From NCBI GenBank assembly GCA_036172245.1, contig JAYWIR010000021.1, positions 1,116,001-1,180,000 on the forward strand: a stretch of 64,000 nt of DNA. The letters are read 5' to 3'. The translations under genes were made by a program, and so were the position numbers. The DNA is from Raillietiella orientalis. Its lineage: Eukaryota. This document shows positions 40,050 through 53,341 of the stretch, in pieces (position 1 is the first letter of the stretch; every line of letters starts with the position of its first letter). The notes beneath the pieces were generated by a model that saw only the letters and a program-made list of their open reading frames with translations, was not told the DNA's origin and ran no database searches.

Positions 40050-40600
40050 TGACGTGCAGCAGGTGACTCTTCGTACCTTCGTCTTTTTTCCATGACCTCT
40101 GGTCCTCAGTCCTTTGGAACCTTTTTTCCAACGAGGGCTCCCAGATGAAAGGAAGAGCAAAGGGGAGTCGTGCACCACCGGAAGCTGCCCGTTTCCAGTT
40201 CGCAGTGGCCGAAGACCACGGTTGCGTCCCGGAAGACCAAGGCACTCTCTGTCTTGTCGAGAGGGTATAGCTCTAACCTCTTTTGCTCGAGAACCTTACT
40301 CCTGACCATTCTGAACTGTGTCGGAAGTGCTAGGGAACCGGGAACCGTCAGTGAGCTCAGTTGCAGCAGAAAAGACCGAGCACGTGGTCGGAGTGCTCCA
40401 GAGAAATGGTGGGAGTGCATCGAACCCAAGCCAAGTGCAAGGTTTCGCGCGTGCAAAAAGCCAAGAGTGGGAGGAGAAACGCATCAGAGCAGAGAAGAGT
40501 GGAAGTGTTCCTTCTCCGACCAAAAAAGTGTCCTCGTGAGATTTCCACCCCAGATTTCCTCCACGAAGGACGTCTTTGCGAGAGAAGTGACTGTGCTCTT
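40050..40600 (-). mobile_element. Possible degenerate RLE remnant
   Basis: 'LYPLDKTESALVFRDATVVFG' resembles PD....IDVTV.F. Weak. Confidence 0.28.
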
Positions 40601-41779
40601 AGATGGAACCTTGCATTCCTCAGAAGGAAATGTCTTTCCTCATTAGTGGTCTTCAGGTTTCAGTGGTTCCTGTTTTTTGTTGGTTTTTTTTTTTCTTTCG
40701 GCTTTTTAAATCCGTCCTTGGCTGGTGCTGCTGAGTTTGTCTGCTGGGAATTTCATCCGTATCGGTCAACCAACCAATTGCTTCGTGCCGCAGTTCTTAT
40801 AGGTAGATCCACCTCGACAATTTCAGCAAAGAATCTTGGAGTTCTGCGAGGAATGGAATCTCCTGTGAAAGTTCCATCTGCTGCAGGGGTGCCGAGCTCC
40901 GTGGGATTTCCAGCATCGAGAGAAGATTATAAAGAAACGATCAAGTGGCTTTTTCGAAGAGATGAACCATGCGGTTGCCACCAGAGATTCTGAACTACCT
41001 AAACGTCACCGTGGCGGCATCTCAGGACGGACGGAGCCGCACCCTGAGGCTCACTGACATCACGTTCTCTCGAGGTGTCTGCTTTTGGCCCGAGCTCGGG
41101 TCGGAGTGCTTGGTGGATTGCAACGCCATTTAGCAGGACAAAGGAGAGACCAGGAAACGAAAGGCCTCCCGACGTTGCTCGCATCGGGAGTCCTTCTTCT
41201 CCTTTTCCAGGAGCCCGTGCTTCCCTTGAAAGGATTGAAGGAGGAGAGGAGGAGGAGTCTTGCTCGCAGAAAAAGATGACGAGAATCGGCAAGCGTGCGT
41301 TCTGACGCTCGCGCGCGCGCGTGATGGTTTCTTGTCGCGAAAAGCATTTTTTTTTTTTTTTTTTGAAGGGCAAAAGTCCTGGACAAAGCCATCGGGGCTG
41401 CGGCAGATGACAAACCTGCGTGTGGCCAGGATCTTCCTGCTCGAAAATTCCCCGCCTGGTATCTTTGTGTGAGAAGGTGCAGCGATGCGACTCCGGCAGA
41501 CACGAAGCGAAAGGCAGCCCGAGACCCCGTGCCCTTCAGATGCCTCTCCCGAGTCAGCTGGGATGTAGCTGCCTGCCTCGTAGACAGCACGGGGGAAATG
41601 AGTATAAATCGTGATCTTTCGTAGGAGATCAGCAACATCTCTGGAAGTTGTCAGCTTCGCGTCCGCTGCTTTGCGACGCTTCTACCTTTCGTGCCGCCCG
41701 ATGCTGAGAGCTCCCTGCATTCACCGCCACTCCTGAGGCACGATCCGGGGAATCCCAGCCGCGGCGAGGACTCGCCTTC

Positions 41780-42150
41780 CCCCCTTAATTAAAAATTATC
41801 GAGCAGCGTGTCCTGTTCAGAGTGCTCCCCTAAGGAATGCCAGGAGCAGAAGGACAGCGTCTGCAACGCAGAAGAGGTTCGTGGCGCGAACTCCAACAGC
41901 GGTCGGAGCAAGTGGTCCCACTGCGACGCTGTCTTCCGCCATCTTGAACGCGATAATCTGCAGGAAGGCTGTGGGGCGAGTCCCCCTACGGGTGTTCCGC
42001 GCGGTCTCGTGCCACGTTGCTCCGGAGGCGGTTGCACCGGACACCATGGCGGCAAGTCCTACGTCCGAACATTCCGTCCGGGGTGCTTCGTTCAAGCGGC
42101 AGGGATTCGGGACGAAACCTTTCGTGACTGAGGGAGGAGGAGAAGTGCAA
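41780..42150 (+). mobile_element. Possible degenerate CCHC knuckle/RLE remnant
   Basis: 'SVCNAEEV..SHCDAVFRHL..VPRGLV' fits C...E / RH.AV...L / RPDLV spacing. Confidence 0.33.
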
Positions 42151-42900
42151 GAGCCCTGAAGGCACTTTTATTCAGATCGGGAGCCATCTGGAAATCACCT
42201 TGATGGTTCTCGCAGTCGATCGATCTTGTTTTGATCCCCAAAACGAGGAACGGGTTCCCTATTGTCCAGTGGCCTTCGAGAAGGCCGGGAACGCTTCCTT
42301 GCCCGCCAGTGTCCATCCTTCATGTAAGAGTTGTCATCTGAAGTCTTGGAGAGATTAGCGGGTGGCTCCTCTTCCTCTTTTTCTTACCCTTTCCCTGAGG
42401 AATGAAGGGCGGGAAGTCGCCTCGCGGAAGGAACGGATGGCGTTCCCATTATCGCCTCGGAGCGCGTCCCGATCGGCGCTGATGATCTCGCAACCCTCTG
42501 TTTTCTATCGATTAAAAGCATCATCCAAGTGCTCCAGGAGCGCCGTCTCCCGTGCCGCTCCCAAAGACACGACCAAGTGATGGTTAACGAGGACGCGCGA
42601 TTCGGCGGGGTGCCGCCGGTTCCTCGTCGGCTTGAATACGTGTTGGGGGTACTACGTGTTTCCACCCCTCCTCCTCCCCATCTGCGGGAACGAGATGAAT
42701 TGTATTTACTCATGATAATTTTTTCCGGCCGCCCTCTCCCACGTACGTGGAAATAAATAAGGGATCGCTAATGACTTCCAGTCGGAGTCAGTTGCCTGAG
42801 CTTTGCGTGAAATTGTTTTACTATCCTCCGAGGAATTATTTCCCCGAGATCGCACAAAATCTCGCCTCTGTCCCGTCCCTCCGGGTCCCTCTATCCCATC

Positions 42901-42935
42901 ACACATACACACGCACGCACGCACACACACACACA

Positions 42936-42986
<51 letters not shown>

Positions 42987-43054
42987 GACGAATTTTTCCT
43001 TTTCCTTTCCTTTCCTTTCTTTCTTTCTTTCTTTCTTTTTTTCTTTTTTTTTTT
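42901..43054. repeat. Compound microsatellite: (CA/CACG)n, then (GA)n, then a (CTTT)n/poly-T tract
   Basis: Directly visible. Confidence 0.97.
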
Positions 43055-43949
43055 TAGAGTTTTCCACGGTGAGACAAAGGTCTTCAGAGACTCAGAGAGA
43101 GCGATCGCCAGGGAATCCTGGGAGATGCTGTTCCTCCTCCTCAGCAGCAGCCTCCTCCGCGGAATCCGTTCCACAAATATCATATGATATTTATGATATT
43201 GTCTAAGGTGATCTCCGTTTCGTTTCCCACGCCAGCGGAAGATGCACACGTGAACCCAAGACAGGAATGCAGCAGCCAAGGTAACGCCGTCTCACGTTTC
43301 GCTGCTCGTGTCAATTTACAGAACATCTTGCGTAACCGAAGAAGATATTAGTCAACACTCCTTGATGCTGCAGCTGGAAATTTATGGAGTTCTGAAAAAG
43401 AAACTTCAGCAATTAATTGCAGAGCAGCGGATGAATTAAGGAGGATATTTGTGCTTGGTAATTAAAGAAATTCCCCCTCCTCCTCCTTCATCTTCCGATC
43501 AGCATCTCTCGTTGCTCCCCATGATTTTTGCATAGACGAATGGTCCCCAGTTATTTTTGGTTGTTCGGGATGCATCCCGGGCTCGAAGGCTTCCGGAGCG
43601 AGTGATGAAAAGATCAAGTGGCTTTTCTGAAGAAACGAGGAAATCCTCGATTTAAAAGCTCGTTTATCCAAGTGCACCGCTCGCCGAATCGAGTGCACGA
43701 TCTCCTGGAATTTCCTCCGTTGCCCGGCAACCAACCGGTGCGCGCTCTTGGAGACTCCGGTGCAAAACAGGACGCCGACTCCCCCGCGCGCGTAAATCAG
43801 GGAGGGCGTCCGCGCTTTCCGAGCGCCGCACACCCGGTGGTAAGACGGGGGAGGAGCCGGTCGCTGGTGCACGCCTAGGCGCTGGAAACAGCCCTGAGGC
43901 GTTCCGAATGGTCTCGCGCCCGGCAAGAGACGGGAGGCGCTCCTGCGGG

Positions 43950-46000
43950 TCGAAGGTGGGTCGAGACCTTCATCAGTAGTAGCACCTTCGAGAGGCGAGG
44001 AGTTGGGCACGTCGTGAAAGCGGGGAGGAGGAGGGCATGCGGGTGATGCTCTGAGAAAACCCGCCGAAGAGACAAGGTAGAGAGGGAGCCGGACCCAACA
44101 GACTAGGGGCACCCACGCGACCCCGGTGATGAGCAAGCCGCCAGGGGTCGTCAGGAGAGCGGACCTGCTCTTCCTTGGGGGCCGTCGTAGCGAAACATTG
44201 CCATGATGCCGTCGACATGCGCGCGCGACTCGTCACCGGGAGAGGAGGACCGATCCGATGACATGGAAACCAAGGCGATGCTCCGGGTACTCCGGGACGC
44301 GATCCCGTTCAGGGAAACAAATCATCGCCGTGCTGGCAAAGATGAAAGGCAGAACAGGAGTGAGAAGCGAGCCAGAGCGCTCGAGGGTACATCTCCGAAC
44401 CGACATCCCGTCTACCCCTGAGTTCTCCCAGGACTCCCGGACGAGAGTGCAGCCGGTGGGAACGGTAATCGCGGAGGAATTCCGCCAGGGGAGCGTCGCC
44501 GCGCATGCTACTGGATGGGAAGAAGCGCTGCTCGCAAGCGATCTCGGATGGGTCGCGCGGACCGAGTCAGCGCGGTCACAGCTGCCAGAGCTGCTGGGAC
44601 GCAGCGGCAGCATTCCGGGGGGGAAAAGAGGAGAAGGACGGCGAGGAAAAGAGGGGAAGGCACAGGGAGCCTGTCCCCCTGTTAGACAGCGGACGAGTGC
44701 AGGGATGCGCCGGGGCAGTAGCGGCAGTCTGAGGCCCGAAGAGCAACGAGGAGATGCTCACCGGCAGCCCCTGGCCAGGACCAGGTGGGGCGCAACTGCA
44801 TCGCCAGGACATATCCCGGGTCAGCAGACCGAACTGCTGCCGGAGAGTCCTCGACGGAACCTCGAGGTGGTCAAGGCCTTGCACAATCACCCTGCCGTCT
44901 ACCGCGAAGACTAGGCGGAAGATGGGGAACTTCCGGGGAGATAAGAAAGGAGAGCTTTCCGCCACGAGGTCAAGGGTCCTTCCTTCTGCTGCTCTCTCGG
45001 CCTCTCCAGGAAAGACATCCTGTTGGCAGCTTCCCTTCTCCACAGAAGCACCGCGAGGGAAGCGAGGACGGACAACAGGGAGGACAATGCAGCTGCTTTC
45101 TTCGTCGTCATCCCCTCCGGCGGCCAAAAGCCCTCTGGGAGCGCCGAGGGAGCCGAAGGATGGAGCCTCTGCTACGAGAGAGAGGATTCTCGGTGGACGG
45201 TGGGGAGGCGGACGCGCGTTCTTCAGGGAATTGCGGACTGGGAGCAAAGGCCGGGATGCGGGTGCAGTGCTGGGACAGCCAGGGTGTGGGTGGCCGCTGG
45301 GCGCTCGCCGTTCCGTCCCCGTTTCGCGCTGGTCGACCGGCTGGCTCGTCCGGGGGCGAATCAATCGGATGGAGTGAGGATGGGGGGAGAACGCTGAAAT
45401 GGGGGCGGCATTCCTACAGGTCCGCCCTGCGTTTTTCTCGGACCAACCGCTCGACAGGAGGGGGGGGGGGACCCCTCAGGACGCACCACGCGACCTCTTC
45501 CCAGTGAAGGGCTGCAAAGGTTCCAAGACCAGAGTCCCCTCTGGTTCGATCCCTCCTTCAGGCGTCGGTGCTCCCAGCAACGGAGTGGCGGAAGTGGCGC
45601 CCCTTGAGGCGCCACTCCCACCCGCCGGCTTCCCCCAACCAAGCGGAAAGCAAGAGGGGAAGCGAACGTGGGCCGTTCAGGAAGAATTGCCTTCTTTGTT
45701 GTCGAGGCTCCTGGCGCTCTGGGCCACTAGTGAGAAGGGAGGAAGGCGGAGCAGCTTCTTAGTCCGAGGACCGCGTTCCCCTGGGGAGGGAGGAAAATAT
45801 GCGGTCGAACTTGCGACACTGGGAACTCGAGAAAAGCAAAACGGGAGAAGGGGGGAGAGGCACGACCAGAGGGATCGGAGTAAGGAAGGGAGGGGAGGGA
45901 GACCCTCGCTTTGTCCGACCCGCATCGAGGTCTCTCGGGTCATCGGGCGGAAGGAGGAGGCAGAAAACGCCAAGGAAGTGCCAAGCGTGGAGTATCCTCC
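43950..46000 (+). mobile_element. Possible degenerate RT-to-C-terminus remnant
   Basis: 'HDAVD', 'TKAMLRVLRDA', 'ALLASDLGW', later 'VELATLGT' and 'IEVSRVIG', in the expected order. Confidence 0.33.
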
Positions 46001-47699
46001 CATCATTGCCTTTCCACCCCGCTGAGATCCACGCTCGGCCTCCTACTTCGGGTGCACATGCGGGTCTGCCCTCGAAGTAGGAGGGACGCCTGTGCGACCA
46101 GAGGCCTGCGCACCGACGATGCTGCACGAGGGGAGGGAGTGGTCCGCCGCACGGGGATTCGATGTGGCTGAGTGACATACCCGTAGGAAGGGGAGGGGAT
46201 CGCTTGGATGCCGTGTGCTCTGGATGTGGCATCCCGAGGCCGCAGGATACCTGTGCATCCGCAATGCTCAGGCGTCGGCGCTACTCGCTCTGACCTCGAG
46301 CAGAGGATTCCCGGGAGGAGACCAAGGCGTCCCTTCCCGAGTCGGGAGGAGTTGCCGCTTCCTTCTGACGTCGCCTTTCCTTGACGAGGGCTCCCAGGAC
46401 TAGACGGTTTCCCCTGTCCGCCGGACTCACGATCCACAGGAACACGCGACCGAAGTCCGCCCACGCGCGCATTCCAGTCGTTCTCCATTCCCACAGGAGA
46501 CGGAAGAGAAAAGAATCCACCTCTCACTCACCCCACTACGCCTCGAGGGGAGCAAAAAGATCGAAGGGGAGCGCGCCCACCTCTCCCCTGCAAGGCTGGG
46601 TATGCAACGGCAGCGACCCCACCCGGATGCGTCCTGCTACTGCTGCTGCTGATACCATCCCCATGGAATACGATCCTCGAGACCTTGCCCCCGGGGGGAC
46701 ACGGTTTTCGGAACTCCACTGAGCCCTCTTCTCGCTTTCTGCCTGACTTCGACCGGAGTTCCGCTCCCCGAAAGGCCAGCAGACCGGCGGGGACGCGGGT
46801 AAGGAATTCCCTCTTCCTGGCGCGTTCGGCGCCGGGAAGAGGAAACATTCCGCTGGCGGGTGAGGGAAGCAATAAGCTGTCGCGGGACCCCGTCCGCAGA
46901 CCCCACCTCGGGAAACGCGACCCTTAGGGGAACACGGGGAAAAGGGACGCTTAGCCGGCTCCAGAGGGGCACGGTCGGCAGCGGCTCAGGGTCGGCTCTG
47001 CGCCGCGTTGCTGCTGCGCGTATGCGGACGTGAGGAGGGGAGAAGAGGGGAGAAGGGGGATGGAATTCAGGACTGCCTGGCCCCTCGTGACGTGCCCAGC
47101 GGCCCGTCTTCGAAAAAAGGGCGCGCATCCTCTTCTGAGCTGAGGATGGATTCACTCGCGACCTCACAACCCTTTGGTGGAGGCCTGGGTAGCGACAACC
47201 GAGCGGGCCGCAGGGTAGTCCAAGGAATGGGAGGGGGGGAGCACCCTCCGTGTGGGAGTCGCCCCATGAGCTCCCAGGGCGACCGCCACCTAGAGAAGGC
47301 TGCCATTCTCCTCCCCCCTGTTTCCCCTCCCTTCCTTGCCTCCTCCTTTTCCCTTTCCTCTCGGGTTCGTTAAGGGGTTGCGGTCCTCACTCGCGGAGCG
47401 CGGCGGAGACTGCGCCTCCCTGCTTTATCTGTTTGCCTACGTCGACTGCCGAGTGAACCCTCTCATCTCTGCAAATATCTGCAGCGAAGATGTGGATTAC
47501 AGAGAAGCAATTCATTGATATTAGAAACATGAGGAAAGCAAACAGAGATAACCAGTTTCCGTTTCCTGGAGCTGATAACGGTGCAGTGGCATCCGCGAGA
47601 AGTCGGTTCATCTTTCGCGGCTCCCCCGAGTAATTAATGATCATTAAGAGCGTGGGGCATCCGAAGATGGCAGCACCGCGCGGGCTGCACCGCTCCTTC

Positions 47700-49100
47700 G
47701 CAGCGCGTGAAACGCAATGCTCGGGAGCGGCGCGGAGGAGGAGGGACGCCCCGGAGCAGGAAAAAAGTGGGGGCCCCGGGAGGGATGAGAAAGCTGTGTC
47801 CCGGAGAGGATCGTCTTCACCCGGGAAACCGGCCTCTCCTCGGCTGCACAAGCTGATTTTCGGTCGCCTCTCGCATCCAAAAGGAAGAAGTTCCGAGGTC
47901 ACTCCGGAGTCACATGCGCTCACGTGAGGGGAAGTCCTTCTGGCTGGGGCACGATGGGAGAGGCCGGGAGAGGTCTCTTGCAAAGCCCTGCGCTCGTCCG
48001 GCCCCAGCTTGGGCGCCGAGCTGCATCCTTCCGCCCGGACCCAGCAGGGAGCAGAGGAAGTGGGGAGAAAGAGTTCCGCTCCGACTTCCCGGTTTCCACC
48101 AGGGAGGGGGGAGAAAAGGAGGGGGTATTCCTGACGGGAACCTGGAGGAGGGAATTCCTTTAGGAGCGAGGGACGCGGCGACTGCGCTTTCCCCCCCGGC
48201 TGCCAGGACCAGAGGGGCGTTGTCTTCCTGGCAAGAACGTCCCAGGCGATCCTCGAATTTCAGTCCTCCGGTGGTGGCTCCCCTGCACGCGCGTAGGTCG
48301 GGTCCCCCGCACCCTCGAAAGCCGGGCAGCCACGGTCGCGGCCGCGAGATGTTGAGCGCAGGGACGAAAGGCGCGCGCCATCACGAAAGAGTCCCCCTCC
48401 CCTTCTATGGGGCGGCAGAGGATGCCACGAAGCGACGCCGAGGGCTGCACTTCCAGGAAGTTCCCCTTTCTGCTGGGCGGCGCGTACCCGCCAACTTCGA
48501 ACGGGGAAGGAGCAAGGAGAGACTCTACCCCCGGCCCGGCGGCGGGCAGCGAGCGCGCTCACCCCCGCGAACTCCCCCTAGCACCTGATCGAGTTGGACC
48601 AAAAGCTGCTTGGACTCCCTCGCGTTTCCGAGGGAGCCCCCTGCCGGCTTCCCACCGCGGCCGGTGACGGTGAATGGCGAAGAGCTGGCGGCAAACAAAC
48701 GATGCGCGGGCGCCACGGGAAAAAGGCACCGGGGCGGCAGGAAAAAGTCCCGAGGCAATATCCTTCGCTGTTCGCGACCCCACTCCTGGAGGCTCTGGAG
48801 TCTTCGAGAATGGAGGAGTCTCGAGGGCAGGCCACGGGGCATCCCCCTCTGGAGGCGATTTATCCTTCGACGGAGGAAAAGGGGCGACACGGTGGTCCAC
48901 TCCGGCCCCCCTTCCTTCCCAGGGTCCCCTGGAATTCATTCCCGCGTGCCTGAGTGCCCTTGGCCTCACGTCCTTTGCCACCACCGCGCGCAGCCTCGGG
49001 CAAGTTCGGCTGCCCACGTGGATGACGAAGGAAAACCACGGGTTTGTAGAGGGCCGTCCCCGGAACGAGAGTCTCTGACTCTAGCCGCGACCCGTTGCTC
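47700..49100 (+). mobile_element. Possible degenerate RT plus thumb remnant
   Basis: 'RLHKLIF', 'TALSP', 'AEDATKRRRGLHFQEVPLS' (GL.FN..KC-like), 'KLLGLP' and 'LEAIYPSTEEKG', in order. Confidence 0.35.
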
Positions 49101-49449
49101 TGGGCGTTACCTTCCTCTCCGGGGTCTCGCCCCAAGGAGCGAGAGATCCTCCGCTCCTCCTCCGTTCTCCCAGCCTGGCACCCGCAGGCGCTTGGCCATC
49201 GATCCCTCCCAGTGACTTGTCTCCTGGGGACGATGGGGACTCGACAAACAGAGCAGGAGGTTTCCTCGTTCCCGTTTTCCGTCTCAACGTCTGGACCCAC
49301 TCGACGATATATTCTTTCAGGAAACCCCGGACTCGAGGAACCCCTTCGGTGAAAGTTTCAGCAAAGGTCCTAAACGGCCGTGGACAGTTGATGACCCGAA
49401 GGCATCGCACCGCCTGCGTAGGAGGCCGTGCGACTGCGGCGATCTCCGC

Positions 49450-50830
49450 GATTGACACCGACCGTCGAGGGTTCTAATCCTTGAGTGGAGGAGCAACTCC
49501 AGAAGAATGGGTGATGCGTCGTGAGTTTCGAGTCTTCCTCAATGTGGCGCTGGTTGTCCTCGAGTGGCTTCGGGTGCGGCACTCGTGGAAGCCGGAAATC
49601 CCCGGATGCCCCTGTTGACTGACCAGGACTGGAAGTTGACCCTCCGAGGTCCTTCCGTGGATCAAGGAGTCCTTCTGAGTTCTCCTCCCCCCTTCCAGTT
49701 GTGAAAATGGAGCCGTCTCCCCCTTGGAGGGACCCTCCATCGCGTGCCATGGAGCTAGTCGATACCACCATTGGGGGGCTGCCTCTCCAGAGTGTCAAGA
49801 AGCGCGCTGCTCCCTTCGGGGAGCGCCCTTTAGAGAAATCGGGAAGCATCCCTTCGTGGTTCGTCTTCAGAGGAGGAGGAAACAGGGAGGGTTTCCTCCG
49901 GAGAATAAATTCCAGGAGCGGATCCTTTCCGAGTTCCCTCCGGAGAAGAAACGGGAGCGCCCCCCACAAACTGGAGGATCCCTCTGGAGAGAACAAGGAG
50001 AAGGATCCCTTAGGGATTCCCCTCCCAATCGCAAGAGGAACGGACTGTTCCTCCGGAGCCCTCCTGGACTCATACGCACGGGGTAACTGACTCTCCACTC
50101 TGCCGACAAAGGAGCACCAGCACTCGTCTCAGGAGTCTCAAGACCATGAGATTCGGTAAACAACGAAGCCCTGAGGGAACCGAAGATCCCTAAGCAATGG
50201 ACATTAGGAAGGAAATGGCGTGCTCCAACCGCTCGCGCCACTCCTGGACCTACTGGAGGATCGGTTTGGGTTGCAGGCTGGGGTGAAGGAGCCCTCGAGT
50301 GCCTCCGACCTCGAGTGGAAGACGAAATGGGGAGGACGGAGAAGCAGCAGAGAGAGTGGAGCGCTCCTACGTCACTGGTTGTCGTTCCTGGCGCGCCATC
50401 TGTAAAAGCAGCACGAAGAAACCTTTCGTGCGGATCCTTGAACTCTGGATGGATGCAGAGGACGGAGAGGCGACGAAGTCAGAAGTGAAGGGACGTGAGC
50501 ATCGCATCCATGAGCCCCCGTAAGTGCTTTTTCTTTCATGGTTTTGCACGGAGGTGCATTTCTTCCTCTTCTTGTTTTCCTCGGCAGGTTAGAGGTCATC
50601 AGCCCTCCCATCCCACTTCACCTTGCGAAGTCCTCTTGAATGGCAATGCCCCTTCTCCATGTCTCCCGCTGATCCTTTTTCGCTCCAGATGCAGCGACTG
50701 CGGGTATGGTTGGGGCTTTCCTTACATGCCCTTCCACCATTTCTTCCTCACCTCGGTTTTCTTCCAGCTGCCGGATGAAGAGACCGTCGAACGGACAAAT
50801 CTGAAAGTGCACGGGTCCGCCTAAGTCTTC
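49450..50830 (-). mobile_element. Degenerate RLE-group RT/thumb remnant
   Basis: 'TKGFFVLLLQMARQERQPVT..TLSAASPS' (RT 2-3-like) and 'TDPPVGPGVARA' (resembling the approach to GVxQG). Block 50178-50443 is homologous to 52821-53092. Confidence 0.45.
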
Positions 50831-50999
50831 ATTTGAGTCAGCGGCAACGTGAAACTCGTCTCTCTCGCTTTCTCCCCCACGTGGTGAGTACTCGCCGGCG
50901 GCGAGGTCGCGAGCGCTCAAGCTGCTCGTGAGCGGAATCTCCTCTTCGGCGAGGGGAGAAGGAAGGCCATCCAAAGACCGCAGCAGAAGAGGGAGGAGT

Positions 51000-53100
51000 C
51001 TCGGGTGTCTGAAGAGTGCCGACACTCGCCCCCACGCCGAGGGAGACAGCAGGTCAGCTCGTTTCTTTTTCTTGTGGCTGGTCCCGTCCGGGACACCCCT
51101 CCAGAAGTCGGGGGAGCAGGCTCGCTCAGCGTCGTCGTCTTTCTATGAACTTTGGCGAACCTGAGCGTGTCCTGCTCTTTTCGAGGTGGCGTGGGTTGTC
51201 CTCACCGTCTGCTCACCCACATCGCGGAGAGGCGCCCACCGCTGACACGACGATGAGCCAGGAAACTGAGGGACGCCGCTCCTCGCCCTGTGAGGGAACT
51301 CACCACCCAATCCATCAAGGAGGGAGCACATGGCAGAAGCCGAGGCACTGAAAGAACAATCTTCCCAGCCTTCGCAGTTGCTCCGAATAACCCAGGAGGC
51401 GTCTCCCAGTGGCCGCTCCGATCGCAGCAGCACCTCCGAAGAAAGTTTTTCGACGGGGGACCTAGTGCCGGTCGCATGGGTGCTCTTTTGATCCCTCCCG
51501 TGGCTTTGGGGCCCGACCAAAAAGTTGCCTCCTCGAACGTCCTTTAATATGATTCCTGTTCCCGCTTTCTCCTTTTCTCATCCTCGCTGCGGTGATTTGC
51601 AGAAATTGAGGACAATTTGAGCAGGAAGTCTGCGCGATCGATTCGCGGGCAAGAAAGGAAAGTGAGTCCAGGAAACGGGCCCAACTCTGTTTCGCAAATC
51701 TCGTTAAAGAGGGAAAAATGGGGTTCCCTTGCTCGCCGGGAACGGCAAGCAAGGGAAAATGCAAAACACGCCGCGTGTGTGATCTCGGAAGAGGAAGTTT
51801 CGAGGAACAGGATGGGGAGCTGGTTGAATATGCTGCTGTTCCGTGTGCGGGAGTCCCCCAGCCCTCCGATGAGCGTGGAAACAGGTGGGAGAGGCCCTTC
51901 TGCTTTGTGGAAACTTACAGTCGATAAAACCGTGGAAAAAAGCCAGGCGCAAATGTGGGAAGAAGAGTGGTGCACACCACAGAGGAGGAAGGCAGGCTGT
52001 TGTTAACGGAGAGTCCAGGAGGAAGTCTTTCAGGGCACTCGGAATAAAGAGAAGCGGAAGCAAACGGCAATCTCAGTTTCTTCACGTGGAGAGTACTTGC
52101 CGGCGGCGATTCGAAGTCGCGAGCGCTCAGGTTGTCCGTGAGCGGAATCCCCTCTTCGGGGAAAGGGGAAGCAAGGACGCTGTTTGTTCGCTCCTTTCGG
52201 GGATTCCGAGTTTCTCCGTCCGGCGGTCTCTCCATCCAACGGCTGGAAGAAAAGCGAGATGAGGAAGAGACGGTGGAAGGGCATCCTCAACCACACCCGC
52301 AGTCACTGCATCTGAAGCGAAAAAGGATCACCGGGAGGCACGGCGAAGCGGATTCAGCTCGAATGAGTGCAGCACGGAAGACCTCCACACTGCTGAAGAC
52401 AGCTCCGATCTCTCGCAAAGTCCCTCCGAAGAAAATCCATGGTCTTCGGAATTCTTCGTTTGCAACTTACCGACCGCTCGAAGGAAGCAGACGAACTCTT
52501 CTTGTTCACGTCTGAAGCACAGCCAAGCAGATGCCCATCAAGGAAGCAAATGGATGCAACCATGGCCTGCGAATGAAGCCAGGACCATTTCAGTCTGCCT
52601 TCTGAAATCTGCACACGACCCCAGTGGCACCTGAGAAGTCATTTGGTTGGCCAACTTCTCGTTCCCTAAAAAGGGAAGCAGACAAACGTGCAAAGACGAG
52701 CCAGCACGCTCACGTGGAATCATTTCTTGAACTCACCGTTACGTACAAGCAAAATGTGAATGGCTGCAAAGCGCATCGATTCCACGTGTCCCAGATGCTG
52801 AAGGACTTTGTTGGCAAGGTAACCGAAGATCCCTAAGCGATGGACGGAGTACATCAGGAGGGAAATGGCGTGCTCCAACCGCTCGCGCCACTCCTGGACC
52901 TACTGGAGGCTCGGTTTGGGTTGCAGGCTGGGGTGAAGGAGCCCTCGAGCGACCACGGCCTCGACTGGAGGACGAAATGGGGAGGGCGGAGAAGCAGCGA
53001 AGAGGACGGAGCGCTCCTACGTTACTGGTTGTCGTTCCTGGAGCGCCACTTGTAAAACCAGCACGAAGAAACTTTCGCGCGGATCCTTGAACGCAGACTT
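51000..53100 (-). mobile_element. Degenerate NeSL/Utopia-like element (RT, thumb, C-terminus) with an internal inverted block
   Basis: RT block 52821-53092; ORF 51704..52063 'LKDFLLDSPLT..PLFFPHLRLAF..FHAHRRAGGL' (thumb-like); then 'RDQKST..LGDASWVIRS' (ORF 51143..51520). Confidence 0.5.
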
Positions 53101-53322
53101 CCGACTGCCAGAAAGTTCGCTCGGCATCTTCCTCCTCCCCTCCCCCCTTCCTCTTCCAGCTGCATTGAAATGCATCTCGAGCGGAAGGAATTTACATGGA
53201 ACCAGTCCCATACAAGAGGAATCGCACCCTTAGGGTAGCGGCGCTGACACGAAGCTGCTCACGTGACCAATCCCATTAGGCGTTGACTGGGGCGAAGAAT
53301 TCCCAAGTTTTTTTTGGTATGC

Positions 53323-53341
53323 GTGTGTGTGTGTGTGTGTT
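53323..53341. repeat. (GT)n microsatellite
   Basis: Directly visible. Confidence 0.9.

Noticed and set aside
41808..42131. Cys-rich ORF as a PHD or pre-SET/AWS exon
   Set aside because: Cys/His spacing is incomplete; a decayed knuckle/RLE region explains it better, though still weakly.
43610..43620. AAGATCAAGTG matches part of U2 snRNA
   Set aside because: 11 nt only and the flanks do not match, so it is compatible with chance.
50220..53055. Paired plus-strand ORFs 'LQPLAPLLDLLE.RFGLQAG..' as a small paralogous gene family
   Set aside because: The similarity follows from DNA homology, and the opposite strand carries the RT-like motifs.
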